The notes: a model not told the origin generated them from the sequence alone. 64,000 nucleotides of DNA from an uncultured Planctomycetaceae bacterium (GCA_963833985.1 CAWIAD010000002.1:5600001-5664000), one strand, 5' to 3'. Positions 37,612 through 49,666 are shown, numbered from the stretch's first letter. Numbers and translations: made by a program.

Positions 37612-38166
37612 ATGGGCCGGCCGGCGCGGGACGTCACGGAAGCAGAGCTGGGGGTGTTGCGCATCCTCTGGGACCAGGGGATGACAACCATCCGGCAGTT
37701 GACCGACACGCTTTATCCGGGCGGCGGAGCGGCCCAGTACGCCACGGTCCAGAAGCTGCTGGACCGGATGGAAGCCAAGGGGCTGGTGCGCCGTGACCGC
37801 TCGCTCTTCGTGCATCGCTTCGTGCCGGTGCTCGACCGCGACCAGCTCATCGGCAGGCGCCTCCGGTCGCTGGTGGAGTCGCTTTGCGACGGGTCACTCA
37901 CGCCACTCTTGACCCATCTGGCACGGGCCGGCGATCTGACCGACGGGGATCGCCTGGCGTTGCGGGCCATCATGGACGAGCCCCAGACTGAGGACACGCC
38001 GCGGCCGGTCAGTCCGGAGCCCGGCGAGGGAGGCGCGGCGGATCCGCCCGGGGCCGCGCGCAGAGGACAGCACGATCCAGGCGCACGCCGCGTTCCTGAA
38101 AGACCGGGGCAGGACCACCGTCGGGAGGCCATGGGCAGATGGAGCCTGTTTTCGACATCCTGCTGA
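37612..38166 (+). CDS. BlaI/MecI/CopY-family transcriptional repressor
   Basis: TEAELGVLRILW...YATVQKLLDRMEAKGLV...GSLTPLLTHL. Confidence 0.9.
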   Translation: MGRPARDVTEAELGVLRILWDQGMTTIRQLTDTLYPGGGAAQYATVQKLLDRMEAKGLVRRDRSLFVHRFVPVLDRDQLIGRRLRSLVESLCDGSLTPLLTHLARAGDLTDGDRLALRAIMDEPQTEDTPRPVSPEPGEGGAADPPGAARRGQHDPGARRVPERPGQDHRREAMGRWSLFSTSC

Positions 38167-40395
38167 GCAACGCCCTGGCGGCAACCGCGCTGGCCGTGGT
38201 GCCCCTGGCGCTGGGCCGGCTCGGGCGCTGGCCGGCCCTGGTCCATAGCCTGTGGCTGGTAGTCCTGCTCAAGCTCGTGACTCCTCCACTTTTGCGGGTA
38301 CCGGTGCCCGCCGACCTGCTGGACCGAGGTTCCGCACGCTCCGCGGAGGTGGCCCGCGATGAAGCGGTTCCGTGGGCTCCTGCCACACTGCCAGCCTTTG
38401 CACCAGACGTCGTCCGCCAGGCTCCGGCCGAAGTCGATGAGGAGCGGGTCCTCGCCGGCTCGGCCCCGGCTGGGGCACAAGCTGGCGAGCCGCGTTCCGC
38501 CCGGAAGTTGCGGGTTCCTGCGATGGCCTTGGCGGATCTTCCCGGCTGGAAAATCATCGGTCTCGCGCTGGTGGTGGTTGGAGGGTTGATCTTCTGGACG
38601 CTGGCCGCACTCCGCATGATGCGGCTTCAGCGGCTGTTGCGCGACGTTCAGCCGGCATCGGCCGGGTTGCAGTCGATGGTCAGCGGCGTGGCCAGCGCGA
38701 TGCGGTTGCAGCGGGCTCCGACCACATGGATGGTGCCCGGCCGCATTCCGCCCATGCTCTGGACACTGGGCGGCCGGGCCCGCCTGCTGCTTCCAGGGGA
38801 ATTCTGGCCCGAACTCGACGACAGCCAGCAACGCGCGCTCATCGCCCATGAGCTGGCGCACCTGAAGCGAAAAGACCACTGGATCCGCTGGCTCGACCTG
38901 GCGGTCACCGGGCTGTACTGGTGGCATCCGGTGCTCTGGATGGCCAGGCGCGGGTTGCGCGAGGCCGAGGAACAGTGCTGCGACGCATGGGCCGTGCACA
39001 TCATGCCCCGCGGATCGACGGCGTATGCAAGCGCATTGATGGCGACGTTGGATTTCCTCTCCGCCTCCCAGGCGCCTGGCGTGGCCGTACCCGCGGCCGC
39101 GGCCGTGATCGGCGGCAGGGGGCATGTCTCCATTCTGAAACGGAGGATGAGAATGATCGTGCAAGCCAGGACCACGACGACGCTTGGCTGGTCGGCACGG
39201 CTGGCCGTGCTCAGCCTTGCCGCCTTGATCTTGCCGCTGGCCCCCTCCTGGGGCCAGGTTCCCGACGCGATGAGGCCGGAGGCCGAGCGCGGGCCCGATG
39301 CCGCGAGCGGTTCGAGCATCAACCTCGAGCGCGAGATCAAGCTGGCTCTCCAGCAGGAGAAAGCACAGGGAGAGGCAACCGATCGCGGCGATCGTGCCCC
39401 TCAGCGTCTCGAGGAGAACGACCAGGATGACGACCGCGATCTGGACGTGGCCGGGGATCATAAGGATGCAGCCGAGCATCTGGAAAGCCTGTTGAATGAG
39501 CTGGGTGAGCGACTGAGGAAGGACCTCACTCCTCTCGGCGACGAGATCCTGAAAGCCCTGGACAAAGCCGCCAAGGATGTGGCCGAGACGCTCGACAAGG
39601 AAGGATTGACCTCCGAAGACCTCCATCGCGCGTTCGAGAAGGCCAGGGAGGAGTGGCACGGAGCGCTGAAGGACGGCGGCTCGCTGAACCAGCAGGCGCG
39701 CGAGTCCGCGGAGAAGGCCCGCAAGGACCTGAACGACGCCCTGGAGAAGGCACGCGACGAATTTCGCAGGTCCATCCGCGACCGTGCGGATCGGGCGCGC
39801 GAGCAGGCGCCGCAGAGCCTGCGATCGCAACCTTCCAGGTCTGCTGCGCCGCCTGCGGCCGAGGCCGGCCCTGACGCGCCGGGCAATTCACCCGACGCCC
39901 AGCAGGTGCGCAAGGAGATCCGCGAGATGGAGCAGAGGCTGCGCCAGGCGATGCGCCGGCTCCAGGCCATCGAGCGCCGCGACCAGCGGCAGGCGCGGAA
40001 TCCAAGGCGCGACGGAACAGCCGCGCCCGCGCAACCTCCTGCTCCCCCACGTCCCCCGGCCCCGCCGGCCGCCCCGCGCTGTCCCGGAACCTCCACCCAA
40101 GGCAGAGGTGAACGCCCCCGGAGCGGAGCCGCGCCCGAGGGAAGGCCGCGGGGTTCTGCCGCGCAGGCCCGGGATGGCCGTTCCGCCGCCTGGTGCGGTA
40201 GCGAACCCCCGGGTCGAGCGCAGGCTGCGCGAACTGGAAGACAAGATGGACAGGCTCCTGAAGGAGTTGGAGGGCCTCAAGGGCCAGAAAGAGAAGGACA
40301 ACGAGAACAAGGACGCCAGGCCAAGCCAGGGCTCACGGCGAGCCCGACCCGGCCTTGATCGCCGTCTGCCCGCGGGCCCGACCGACATCTCGTGA
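38139..40395 (+). CDS. BlaR1/M56-family metallopeptidase with long coiled-coil C-terminus, probable frameshift at ~40080
   Basis: LWLVVLLKL, AHELAHLKRKDHW, YWWHP, EEQCCD. The tail continues in the 39784-40395 frame (ERRLRELEDKMDRLLKELE). Confidence 0.87.
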
Positions 40396-40657
40396 GGTTC
40401 CCAGACCGCTGATCCAGGCTCCACGGCCACGCGAACTGCCCGACCGTGGTCGTGGAGCCAGATCGTCCACGGTGGCCCCTGATCTTCTTTCATGGGATCC
40501 GTTGTGATTCGTCGCCATGGTTCCCGCACTCCAGCCCATCGATTCTCTGCCCGGTAGTGGACGTGGCGGGCGCGCGTTATTCTCCAGGCTGGCCGTTCCT
40601 CGTTGTTCCTGGCAGGCCACTGCCCGGCGATGAGCGGCTCTGCTGGAGCAACCTGCC

Positions 40658-43426
40658 ATGCGCCTCCCGCCTCTCCCGCATTCCCTCCTCCTGCTGACCC
40701 TGACGCTACCCACCTTCGTTACTACGCTTCCCCATTCCAAAGCTTACGAGATTTCTCAACCGGCTGGCGGATGGACGATCCACGTGGCTCCTGACGGCAA
40801 TGATGGCTGGTCGGTGGCGCTGGCTCGTCCCAGCACCGATCGAAATGACGGTCCCGTCGCCACGCTCGCCGGAGCACGTGACCGGCTGCGTGCCCTGCGC
40901 CGCGAGCGTAAGATTCCGGACGGGCCGATCACGGTCTTGATTGCGAACGGCACGTACCCGGTGAGCGGTCCCGTGGTCTTCGAGCCGGCCGATGGCGGCA
41001 CGGCGGCAGCTCCCGTGACGTACCGGGCCGCACCGGGCGCCCGGCCCATCTTCGACGGCGGGCGAGCGATCACCGGGTTCTCGCGCCGGGCGGACGGCCT
41101 CTGGACCACCAGGGTTCCCGACATCGCGGGCAACCGGCTCCATTTCGAGCAGCTTTTCGTGAACGGCCGGCGCGCCACGCGTCGCGCACGCCCAACACGT
41201 TCTACCACTACATGCTGAAGCGGGTCGGCAGGGCCATTGACCCTGCCACCGGTCAGACCTCGGCAATGGAAAACCGCGCGTTCATCGGCAGGAAGGAAGA
41301 TCTCGAGCCGTTGCGCGGGCTCTCTGCCGAGCAGCTTCACGACGTGAACGTCGTCGTCTTCCACTCCTGGGAAATCTCGCGGCACCGGATTGCCTCCGTC
41401 GATCATCAGACCGGCCTGGTCATTCTTACCGGCCGTGCGCCCTGGCCTTTCTTCAACTGGGGGCCGAACCAGCGCTACAACTTTGAAAACATTCCCGGCA
41501 CCGTTGACGCACCTGGCGAATGGTTCCTCGATCGCCAGGGCACGCTCCTCTACAAGCCGCTGGCGGGCGAGGACCCGGCCAGCGCCTCGGTGGTCGCACC
41601 GCGGACCGACGCGTTTCTGGAGATCCAGGGGAAGGCCGATCCTGAAGCGGCCGTGGAGCACCTGTCGTTCCAGGGCCTGACGTTTCGCCACAGCCGTTAT
41701 CACCTTCCGGCGCAGGGCCATGCCGACGGCCAGGCGGCCGTATCCATCCCGGCCGTGATCATGGCCGACAACGCCCGGCACCTGGCGATCATCGATTGCC
41801 GGATCGAACACGTGGGAATCTACGGAGTCTGGTTCCGGCACGGCTGCACAGACTGTCGCATCGAGCACTCGGCCTTGACCGACCTGGGCGCCGGCGGCGT
41901 GCGCATCGGCGAGACGCGCATGCTCGCGAATGCGGCCGACCGGACCGGTCACATCACCGTGGACAACTGCATCATACGCGGTGGCGGCCAGATCTTCCCG
42001 GGATGCGTCGGGCTCTGGATCGGCCAGTCGAGCGACAACACGATCACCCACAACGACATCGCCGACCTCTTCTACACGGCCGTCTCCGTGGGCTGGACCT
42101 GGGGCTATTCCGCCTCGCAATGCCAGCAGAACATCATCGAATATAATCATCTTCACCACATTGGCCGGGGCGTGCTCAGCGACATGGGCGGCGTTTACAC
42201 GCTGGGCATCTCGCCAGGTACGAGCGTCAGCAACAACGTGATCCACGACGTGGACTCGTACAACAAGACCGGCGCTGGCGGCTGGGGGCTGTACAACGAC
42301 GAGGGCTCGACCGGGATCCGCCTGGAAAACAACCTCGTCTACAACACGACCACCGGCAGCTACCACCAGCATTACGGACGCGACAACATGGTCCGGAACA
42401 ACATCCTGGCGTTCAGCCGCCACGGCCAGATCATGCGCACTCGTGCTGAGGCTCATCTGTCGTTCACCCTCGAGCACAACATCATTTACTGGAGCGACGG
42501 TCCGCTCTTGACGGGCAACTGGTCGGGGAACAACTTCCGGCTTGATCACAACCTCTATTTCCTGGCAGGCGGCCAGCCTATCTCCTTCGCCGGCGCGAGC
42601 CTGGAAGAGTGGCAGAAGCGCACCGGGCAAGACGAGCACTCGCGAATCGCCGATCCGAAATTCGTCGCTGCCGACCACCGCGACTTCCGGCTGCGACCCG
42701 ATAGCCCGGCGGCCCAGGTCGGCTTCAAGCCGTTCGACTTCACGAAGGCGGGCGTTTATGGAGACGCGGCCTGGATCGAGGAGGCGCGTGCCTCGCTGCC
42801 GCCCACGGTCTTCGCACCCGATCCTCCTCCGCTTGCATTTCATGACGACTTCGAAAGCGCCCGCCATGAGCGCCGGGGGCGGGTACGTGCCGGAAGGCGC
42901 CACCGTGTCACACGAGGGCCGGCCCGAGCTGATCGCCGTTTCCGAAGTCGCGGCCTCCAGCGGCAAGCAGTGCCTCAAGTTCACTGATGTGTCGGGATTG
43001 CGGCACAATTTCGATCCACACCTCTACTTCCAGCCCGACTATCACGATGGGACGGCCGTCTGCAAGTTCGCCCTGCGGCTCGACCCGGACTCTGTTTTCA
43101 ACCACGAATGGCGCGACGCGGCCAGCCCCTATCGCGTGGGCCCGTCGATCTGGATTGAGAACGGCACGCTCAGGGCAGCGAACCGGAACCTGACGACGAT
43201 ACCCACCGGCGCATGGGTCCAGATCGAGGTCCGGGCCGACCTGGGAAAGAACGCGAACGGCACCTGGAGCCTGACCATCCGCCAGCCCGGGAAAGCCGAG
43301 GTCGTAGAAGCGACCCTGCCCTGCGACAGAACCTGGAAGTCGCTCGAGTGGCTGGGATTCTCGAGTCAGGCTATCCGGCCGACGGCGTTCTATCTCGACG
43401 ATCTCGAAGTGCATAACGTGCCATAG
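40658..43426 (+). CDS. Secreted right-handed parallel beta-helix protein, frameshifts at ~41180 and ~42860
   Basis: IHVAPDGNDGWS...GPVATL...EQLFVNG; GEWFLD, LSDMGGVYTLG, GGWGLYNDEGS, HQHYG; C-terminal beta-sandwich-like region in a third frame. Confidence 0.85.
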
Positions 43427-43467
43427 TCTCGAACCGCACCACGGAATGGGCTCGTGAGCATTGACCT

Positions 43468-43490
43468 TGGCCCGCAGTAAGCGCGGGCCA
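43468..43490. terminator. GC-rich hairpin between convergent genes
   Basis: TGGCCCGC-AGTAAGC-GCGGGCCA with no clear U-tract. Confidence 0.4.
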
Positions 43491-43682
43491 GCATAAAGGG
43501 CGGATTGGAACCACGAAGGATACGAAGACCACGAAGGAAGAAAAGTCTCGTCATCAAGGAGAGCCAGGCCGGTTTACCGGGTCGTGTTTCCGTTTCGTGG
43601 TTTCATGCTCCCCCCGGCGTCTCCGTTCTGCGTCCGTCGATGGTTCCTTTGTCCGCCGGAGCCGCTTGCTCGGTCTTGAACT

Positions 43683-45032
43683 TCAGAGCTGAGGCGTTCC
43701 CGGCACAACGCCGGCGCGGTGTGCCTCCAGCGCTTTCAAGAGCCGACTGGCGACTTCGGGGTGCTCGGCAGCCACGTTGAAGCGTTCCGAGGGGTCGACG
43801 GCAAGGTTGAAGAGCAGTGGGGGCGACTGTACCTGGAAAAACGTCCTGCCCGAGGCCGCCTCGAACGTCTTCACGTGCAGCTTCCAGGGGCCCTGGCGCA
43901 CGGCCACGACCTCGTTGTCGTAATAGTAGAAGAACTCCTGGCGCGTGCCTCCCCCCGAGCCGCGGAGGAGCGGTACCAGCGAATGGCTGTCGTAGGACCG
44001 ATCGGCGGCCAGCGTCCCGCCGGACAGCTCGACGGAGGTGGCGAAGAGGTCGAGCTCGCTGGCCAGGTCCTGAACCACCCGGCCGGGCGCGATGGTCCCC
44101 GGCCACAAGGCCAGGCATGGTACGCGCACGCCCCCTTCCCAGGTGGTGCCCTTTCCCTCTCGCAACAGCCCCGCCGACCCGCCGTCCAGGTGCTGCATCA
44201 ACCACGGGCCGTTATCGCTGGTGAAGATGACCAGGGTGGAACCGGCAAGTTGCTCCCGGCGCAGGGTGTCGAGAATCTGGCCCACGCTCGCGTCCAGCTC
44301 CTCGACCACGTCGCCGTACAGCCCGCGCGTGCTCTTGCCGCGAAACGTGTCACTGGCGTGCAAGGGAACGTGCGGGAAGGTGTAAGGAAGATAAAGGAAG
44401 AACGGATGGCCCTGCCGGGCCCCCGCGGCGTGCTCACGGATGAACCGCAGGGCTTCATCGGTGTATCGCTTCGTCAACGTATCCTGCATGGCCGGCTGCT
44501 CGATCACGGTCTCGTCGCGTAGCAACGGGGTGGGCGGCTCGCCCAGGTCGGCACGATCCATGTCGTTGCTGTAGGGAATGCCCAGGTAGTGGTCGAACCC
44601 ATGCCGCGTGGGCGCGAATCGCGGCAGATGCCCCAGATGCCACTTGCCAATGCAGATGTTCGCGTAGCCGCGCGGCTTGAGGGCGGCAGCCAGCGTGATC
44701 TCGCTGTCCGGGATTCCGCCCCTGGACCTTGGCCCGAGAACGCGGTTCAGTCCGCTGCGGACCGGCAAGCGGCCAAGCAGCAGCCCGGCGCGGCTGGGCG
44801 TGCAGTAACACGCGGCGTAAAACTGCGTGAACTTCATCCCCTCCGCGGCCATCCGGTCAAGGCTCGGCGTCCGGATCGTGGGATGCCCGTAACAGCCGAG
44901 GTCGCCATAGCCGAGATCGTCGGCCAGCAGGATGACGATATTTGGTGCCGGAGTCTCTGCGGCAACCGTCCAGCCGCTTGCCAGTCCGATGATCCAGATC
45001 AGTCCCAGCACCCGGCGAGTATTCTTCATCAT
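43683..45032 (-). CDS. Arylsulfatase A-like S1 sulfatase (Cys-type, formylglycine-dependent)
   Basis: PNIVILLADDLGYGD, CTPSRAGLLLGR, GKWHLG, FTSDNG, GKGTTWEGG; signal peptide. Confidence 0.95.
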   Translation of the reverse strand: MMKNTRRVLGLIWIIGLASGWTVAAETPAPNIVILLADDLGYGDLGCYGHPTIRTPSLDRMAAEGMKFTQFYAACYCTPSRAGLLLGRLPVRSGLNRVLGPRSRGGIPDSEITLAAALKPRGYANICIGKWHLGHLPRFAPTRHGFDHYLGIPYSNDMDRADLGEPPTPLLRDETVIEQPAMQDTLTKRYTDEALRFIREHAAGARQGHPFFLYLPYTFPHVPLHASDTFRGKSTRGLYGDVVEELDASVGQILDTLRREQLAGSTLVIFTSDNGPWLMQHLDGGSAGLLREGKGTTWEGGVRVPCLALWPGTIAPGRVVQDLASELDLFATSVELSGGTLAADRSYDSHSLVPLLRGSGGGTRQEFFYYYDNEVVAVRQGPWKLHVKTFEAASGRTFFQVQSPPLLFNLAVDPSERFNVAAEHPEVASRLLKALEAHRAGVVPGTPQL

Positions 45033-45300
45033 GTTTCCATCAGTGAGCAAGGAGGATGAGATGAGACCAGGTAAATGAGCCCTCGGCCGGGAAGTCCGCT
45101 CGCAGTGGCTGCCGGGTCGACTGCATTCTGACCAGCGCTGGCGTTTTTTTCACGGATTTTCTTGCAAGGACCGATCTTCTCTGCATATCCTATCGAGACG
45201 GCAATATGCCGACCCTTTCGTCTCGCGGCAAGTCCACACGGAATGTCCAGCTTTTCAGCCTCTGGTGAGATCGGTCCTTTCATCCGGCGTGCGAGGTGTG

Positions 45301-45750
45301 ATGAGGTTCAGAGGGTTGCGAGCGCTGTTCCGGGCGGGGATCGGAGCTGTGATGATGCTCCTTTTCCTCGGTTCCCTTGCGCTCCAGCCGGCCCGCGCAA
45401 GCTGCGGTGCTCTCTCCCATGCCACGGCTCCCGGTCGCCGCGTGACACTCGGCCTCGATGCACTCATCACCGGCTGGAACGCACAGTCGCTCAGCAACGA
45501 GAACCCGTCTCATCCCTCGCCCCGGCCGACACGGCCCTTGCCCTGCTCCGGACCGTTATGCTCGGGACGTGTTCCACTGCCGGTCGCACCCGGCGTGGCG
45601 AGGGCCGTCGTTCTGGTGGAGTGGGCGCTGCTCACGGCAGCGGTTGACACGCCCTCTGCGCCGGGCAGGATTCAATGGGCCAATGAAGTCCTGTTCGACT
45701 GCGCCGGCAATCCCTCCCGCGTCTTTCATCCTCCCCGCGCTTCTGCCTGA
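45301..45750 (+). CDS. Small exported Cys-motif protein ending in HPPR (DUF2946/CruR-like leader candidate)
   Basis: Signal-like N-terminus, ASCG, PCSGPLCS, C-terminal RVFHPPRASA. Confidence 0.6.
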   Translation: MRFRGLRALFRAGIGAVMMLLFLGSLALQPARASCGALSHATAPGRRVTLGLDALITGWNAQSLSNENPSHPSPRPTRPLPCSGPLCSGRVPLPVAPGVARAVVLVEWALLTAAVDTPSAPGRIQWANEVLFDCAGNPSRVFHPPRASA

Positions 45751-45935
45751 TTCGATTCGACAGCCTCTTTCCTGCACAGCCTCCGTGGGCCAGGAGACAG
45801 CTCTCCCAGGGATCATCAGAGACTTCCCTGGAACTTTCTCTACTGCCCTGCTGCATTTCCCGCTCGCAGGATGAGGCCGCGCAACACCCCAGGCAATCGC
45901 GTCTCCGTATCGAACCGAACACGGGAGGATGAATC

Positions 45936-46064
45936 ATGTTCAAGAACGCAAGGTACGATGGGTTTACACTTTCGCGGGCGCGCCAGGATGATCGCTTCGC
46001 TGCCGCCGGTACGCTGGGTGTCCTGGCCGCGGGGCTCATGTCACTGCTCGTGCTGATCATGTGA
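45936..46064 (+). CDS. Putative 42-aa single-TM microprotein
   Basis: GGGAGG RBS; MFKNARYDGFTLSRARQDDRFAAAGTLGVLAAGLMSLLVLIM*. Below the ORF-track cutoff. Confidence 0.45.
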   Translation: MFKNARYDGFTLSRARQDDRFAAAGTLGVLAAGLMSLLVLIM

Positions 46065-46330
46065 AGGCCTTATCTCACCGCGTACGACCATGTCATTGCG
46101 GTGCAGCACGGTGCGTCTGACCGCGGCGCAACCCGACCCGGATGCCTGCCGCGCCGGGCCGCTCGCTGGTTGTTCGTAATCCAGAGGAGCGCCCGGCGGG
46201 TGACGCATGCGGCTGCGCCCCGATGCGCCCCTGACCTACTCTATTTTCACCCAGGCTAGCTGGGCGCGTGCAGTGCTTCGCCGCGAACCGGCCGCCATCT
46301 TGCCCGCACATCATTCGAGGAGTCCGATTC

Positions 46331-47426
46331 ATGGTCAGAACACAAGAAAGAGACTCGGCATTCACCTTGATCGAGTTGCTCGTCGTCATCGCCATCATTG
46401 CCGTGCTCATCTCCTTGCTCTTGCCCGCCGTCCAGTCCGCCCGTGAGGCGGCCCGGCGATCACAGTGCGTGAATAACTTGAAACAGATCGGGCTTGCCCT
46501 CCAGAATTATGAGTCGTCCTGTAATGCGCTTTCCCTTTGGCAAGGGAGGAGATTACATGTCGGTCCTGCCCATGGCTCCGGTCTACGCCCGCTGGTCCAC
46601 GCACAGCCAGCTTCTGGGCTTCATGGACCAGATTCCGCTCTACAATGCGATCAACTTCAACCTGCCGCCCGAGACACCGGACGCCGGCGCGATGGGCATG
46701 GCCATGGGCATGAGCATGGGGATGACGGCCTACCAGGACCCCAACCGTGAGAACGCGACGGTTTCCCGCGTGGTGGTCAGTACGTTCCTCTGCCCCTCGG
46801 ATTCCGCCGGACCAAACAGCGCCTGGCCGGGGGCCAACAATTACGTGGGCAACGAGGGGAACTGGCTGTGTGACGCTTGTGAGCAGTATCCTCCCATGGT
46901 TGGCTACATGGGGTTGCCGCGCGGCCCGTTTTACAATCGCAGCAGCGTCCGGTTCTCCAGCCTGACCGACGGGCTCAGCAATACGGCCTTCTTCAGCGAG
47001 AAGAAACGAGGAAAGGGTACGTATGACCCATTACGCGATATGTTCGTCATTGGCAGCACCATGAACATCGATGACACGTTCCAGCAATGCAATGCGGTCA
47101 ATCCCTCCAGCGGAATGGCGTCGGTCATCTCGAGTTGGATGGGTGCGGCCTGGGTGGTCGGCGACATGACCTGCACCACGTACAATCATGTCGGCGGGCC
47201 GAACAGCTTCACCTGTGCCACGATGGGTGGAATGCAGATGGCAGGCCCCATGGCCATGGTGAATATGTCCGTGGAGATTCCTCCTTCGAGCGACCATCCC
47301 GGCGGAGTGAACCTGCTGTTCGGCGACGGCTCCGTGCATTACCTGAAGAGCAGCGTCAACCTGGGCGTCTGGCGGGCCCTTGGCACACGCAACGGGGCCG
47401 AGGTGATCAGCGCATCGGATTTCTGA
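46331..47426 (+). CDS. DUF1559 prepilin-type protein (N-methylation motif, H-X9-DG), Met-rich, frameshift at ~46530
   Basis: [34 protein letters not shown]...[38 protein letters not shown]. Confidence 0.92.
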
Positions 47427-47455
47427 GCTCACGATTGCCAGGCTGAGAGATTTTC

Positions 47456-48876
47456 ATGACCACGCCTTCACGCAACACCGAGATTCCCGGCCATGAGCCC
47501 GGGCTGGCCCGGGAGCTTGGCCTTGCCACGGCCACCGCGCTTGTGGTCGCCGAGGTGATCGGCGTGGGGATCTTCCTGACGACCGCCGGCATGGTGAAGT
47601 CGCTGGGCTCGCCGTTCTGGCTGCTGGCGGTCTGGCTGACGACGGGTGCGGCAGCCACGGGAGGCGCTATCTGCTTCGGCGCTCTGGCGGCGCGGTATCC
47701 GGAGGCGGGCGGTCCGTACGTGTACTTGAAAGCAGCCTACGGCCGGCGCACGGCCTTCCTCTTCGGCTGGCTGTCCATGCTCGTCACCGATCCCGGCATC
47801 ACGGCTGCCGTCGCCATCGGCCTGGCGCAGTATATCAGCTACCTGGTCCCCCTATCCCCCTGGGGCTTGAAAGGGGTTGCCATCGGCTCCATCTGGGTGC
47901 TGGCGGCGGTGAATGTTCGCGGCGTCCGGTTCAGTTCCGGGGCCGTCCGGGGCCTTGCGGCCCTCAAGCTCGGCGTGCTCGGCTTCCTCGTGCTCTGGGG
48001 CCTGGGGCTGGGCCGGGGCGACTGGTCCAACCTCTTTCCCCTGGTACGCCAGCGCCCGGGATCGGAACCGCTGGGGCTGGCCCTGATCGGCGGCATGATC
48101 GCGGCCTTCTTTTCGATGGGCGGCTGGTGGGATGTGAGCAAGCTGGCCGGCGAGGTCCGCGACCCGAAGCGGAACCTGCCCAGGGCCCTGCTCCTGGGCG
48201 TCTTGCTTGTCACGTTCGTTTACATGCTGATCACATTCGTATTTCTTTACCTGGTACCTGCCGAGCACATCAGTTCCCGGGAAACCTTTGCCGCCCTGGC
48301 CGGAGAAGCCCTCTTCGGCGCGCGGGCGGCGTGATCCTGGCACTGATCGTCATCGTCACCGTGCTGGCCAGCCTGACCGCACTCCTCATGGCGATGCCCC
48401 GAGTCTATTTCGCCATGGCGCGGGATGGCCTGTTCTTCCGGTCCGCGGCCACGCTCCATCCGCGCTTTCGCACGCCGGCGCGCGCCATCCTGATCCAGGC
48501 CGGCCTGGCCAGCCTGCTCGCAGCCCTGGGCACGTTCGAGCAGATCCTCGCCTACTTCACCATACCCACGGTGCTCTTCGTGGGGCTCTCGGTCGCGGCC
48601 GTCTTCGTGCTCAACCACGCAGCCAGATGCCACGGCGAGACCGCCATCGTGCCCTGGCATCCGCTCCCTCCCCTGCTCTTCCTGGTTCCGAACTCGATCC
48701 TCCTTGGGCTCATGGCCCTGAACCAACCCGGGCAGGCGGGGGTTGGACTGGCCGTCGTGGCCCTGGGAATTCCTGTGTATCACGGCCTTTTCTCGGAGCG
48801 TTCCTCCCTTCAAGCAGACGGCGCCCTACCGGGCCCGGGGGAGAATTTGTCCCCATCGACCATCGGCGAATCGTGA
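47456..48876 (+). CDS. APC-family amino acid permease, frameshift at ~48325
   Basis: IGVGIF, YPEAGGPYVYL, GGWW...AGEVRDPKRNLPRA; second frame PRVYFAMARDGLF...HPRFRTP. Confidence 0.9.
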
Positions 48877-48948
48877 CGATCTGAAACCGATACCGGGCGC
48901 CCTTCCGTGCCACGTTCCTGACCATCCTTCCTCGGGAGATGCAGAGTT

Positions 48949-49515
48949 ATGCCATGGATTCGCACGCTTTCACTGGATGATGCCGACGCCAAGGTCCTGG
49001 AGGCAATGGCCAGGCAGCGCTCGCTCTATCCGCCCGAATACGCACAGCCGGTCCAGGAGCTCGACCAGGGCCTGCCCGGAATCGTGGCCTCGCACACCTT
49101 GATTCCCGACGCCCTCCATCACGCGTTCTCCACCTTCGGCGCACTCATGTCGCCCGAGCTGCCCCTTCAGCGCCGGCAGCACGAGATGATCGCCACCATG
49201 GTCTCCCTGACCAACGCCTGCCATTACTGAATTGTCTCGCACGCAGAGTTTCTGCGTCGGGTCACCCTCGATGACGCTCTCGTCGAGGCGCTGAAGGCGG
49301 ACTACAAGACGGCCCCCATCACCGGGGCCGAGCGCGTCATGATTGACTACGTCGTCCAGCTTACGAAGGATGCGACGAAGATCTCTCCGCTCGACCACGA
49401 GCGACTTGCTGCCGCCGGCTTCGACGACCGCGCCAGGTTGCAGATCACGCTCATCGCATCGTGGTTCAACTACATCAACCGGGTGGCCGATGCGCTGGGC
49501 ATCGGCCGGGATTAA
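48949..49515 (+). CDS. AhpD/CMD-like peroxidase-related selenoprotein (C-H-Y-U), read through UGA at 49228-49230
   Basis: [27 protein letters not shown]...[20 protein letters not shown]. The frame stays open to TAA at 49515. Confidence 0.88.
49231..49260 (+). promoter_or_regulatory. Bacterial SECIS-like stem-loop
   Basis: Perfect 7-bp stem ACGCAGA/TCTGCGT (49241-49257) with a GTT loop; the loop G is 18 nt after the UGA. Confidence 0.78.
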
Positions 49516-49666
49516 GGTGCCGACAACCGGAATACCCTGACGGGACCTCCCTTCCAGAGCCGCAGCCACACCAGCACGGTCGGCCGCCTGACCAGGTTGA
49601 ACCCGCCCTGTCCCGCAGTAGAGGCACGCACCAGGTATTCAGGGTCGTAGCGTCCAAGGACAACGA

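Noticed and set aside
37713..43008. Minus-strand ORFs of 705 and 750 aa
   Set aside because: Antisense to the M56 and beta-helix genes; no motifs.
49228..49230. Nonsense mutation or pseudogene reading of the AhpD-like gene
   Set aside because: The UGA sits exactly at the second Cys of CxxC and is followed by a SECIS-like hairpin, so Sec is the better explanation.
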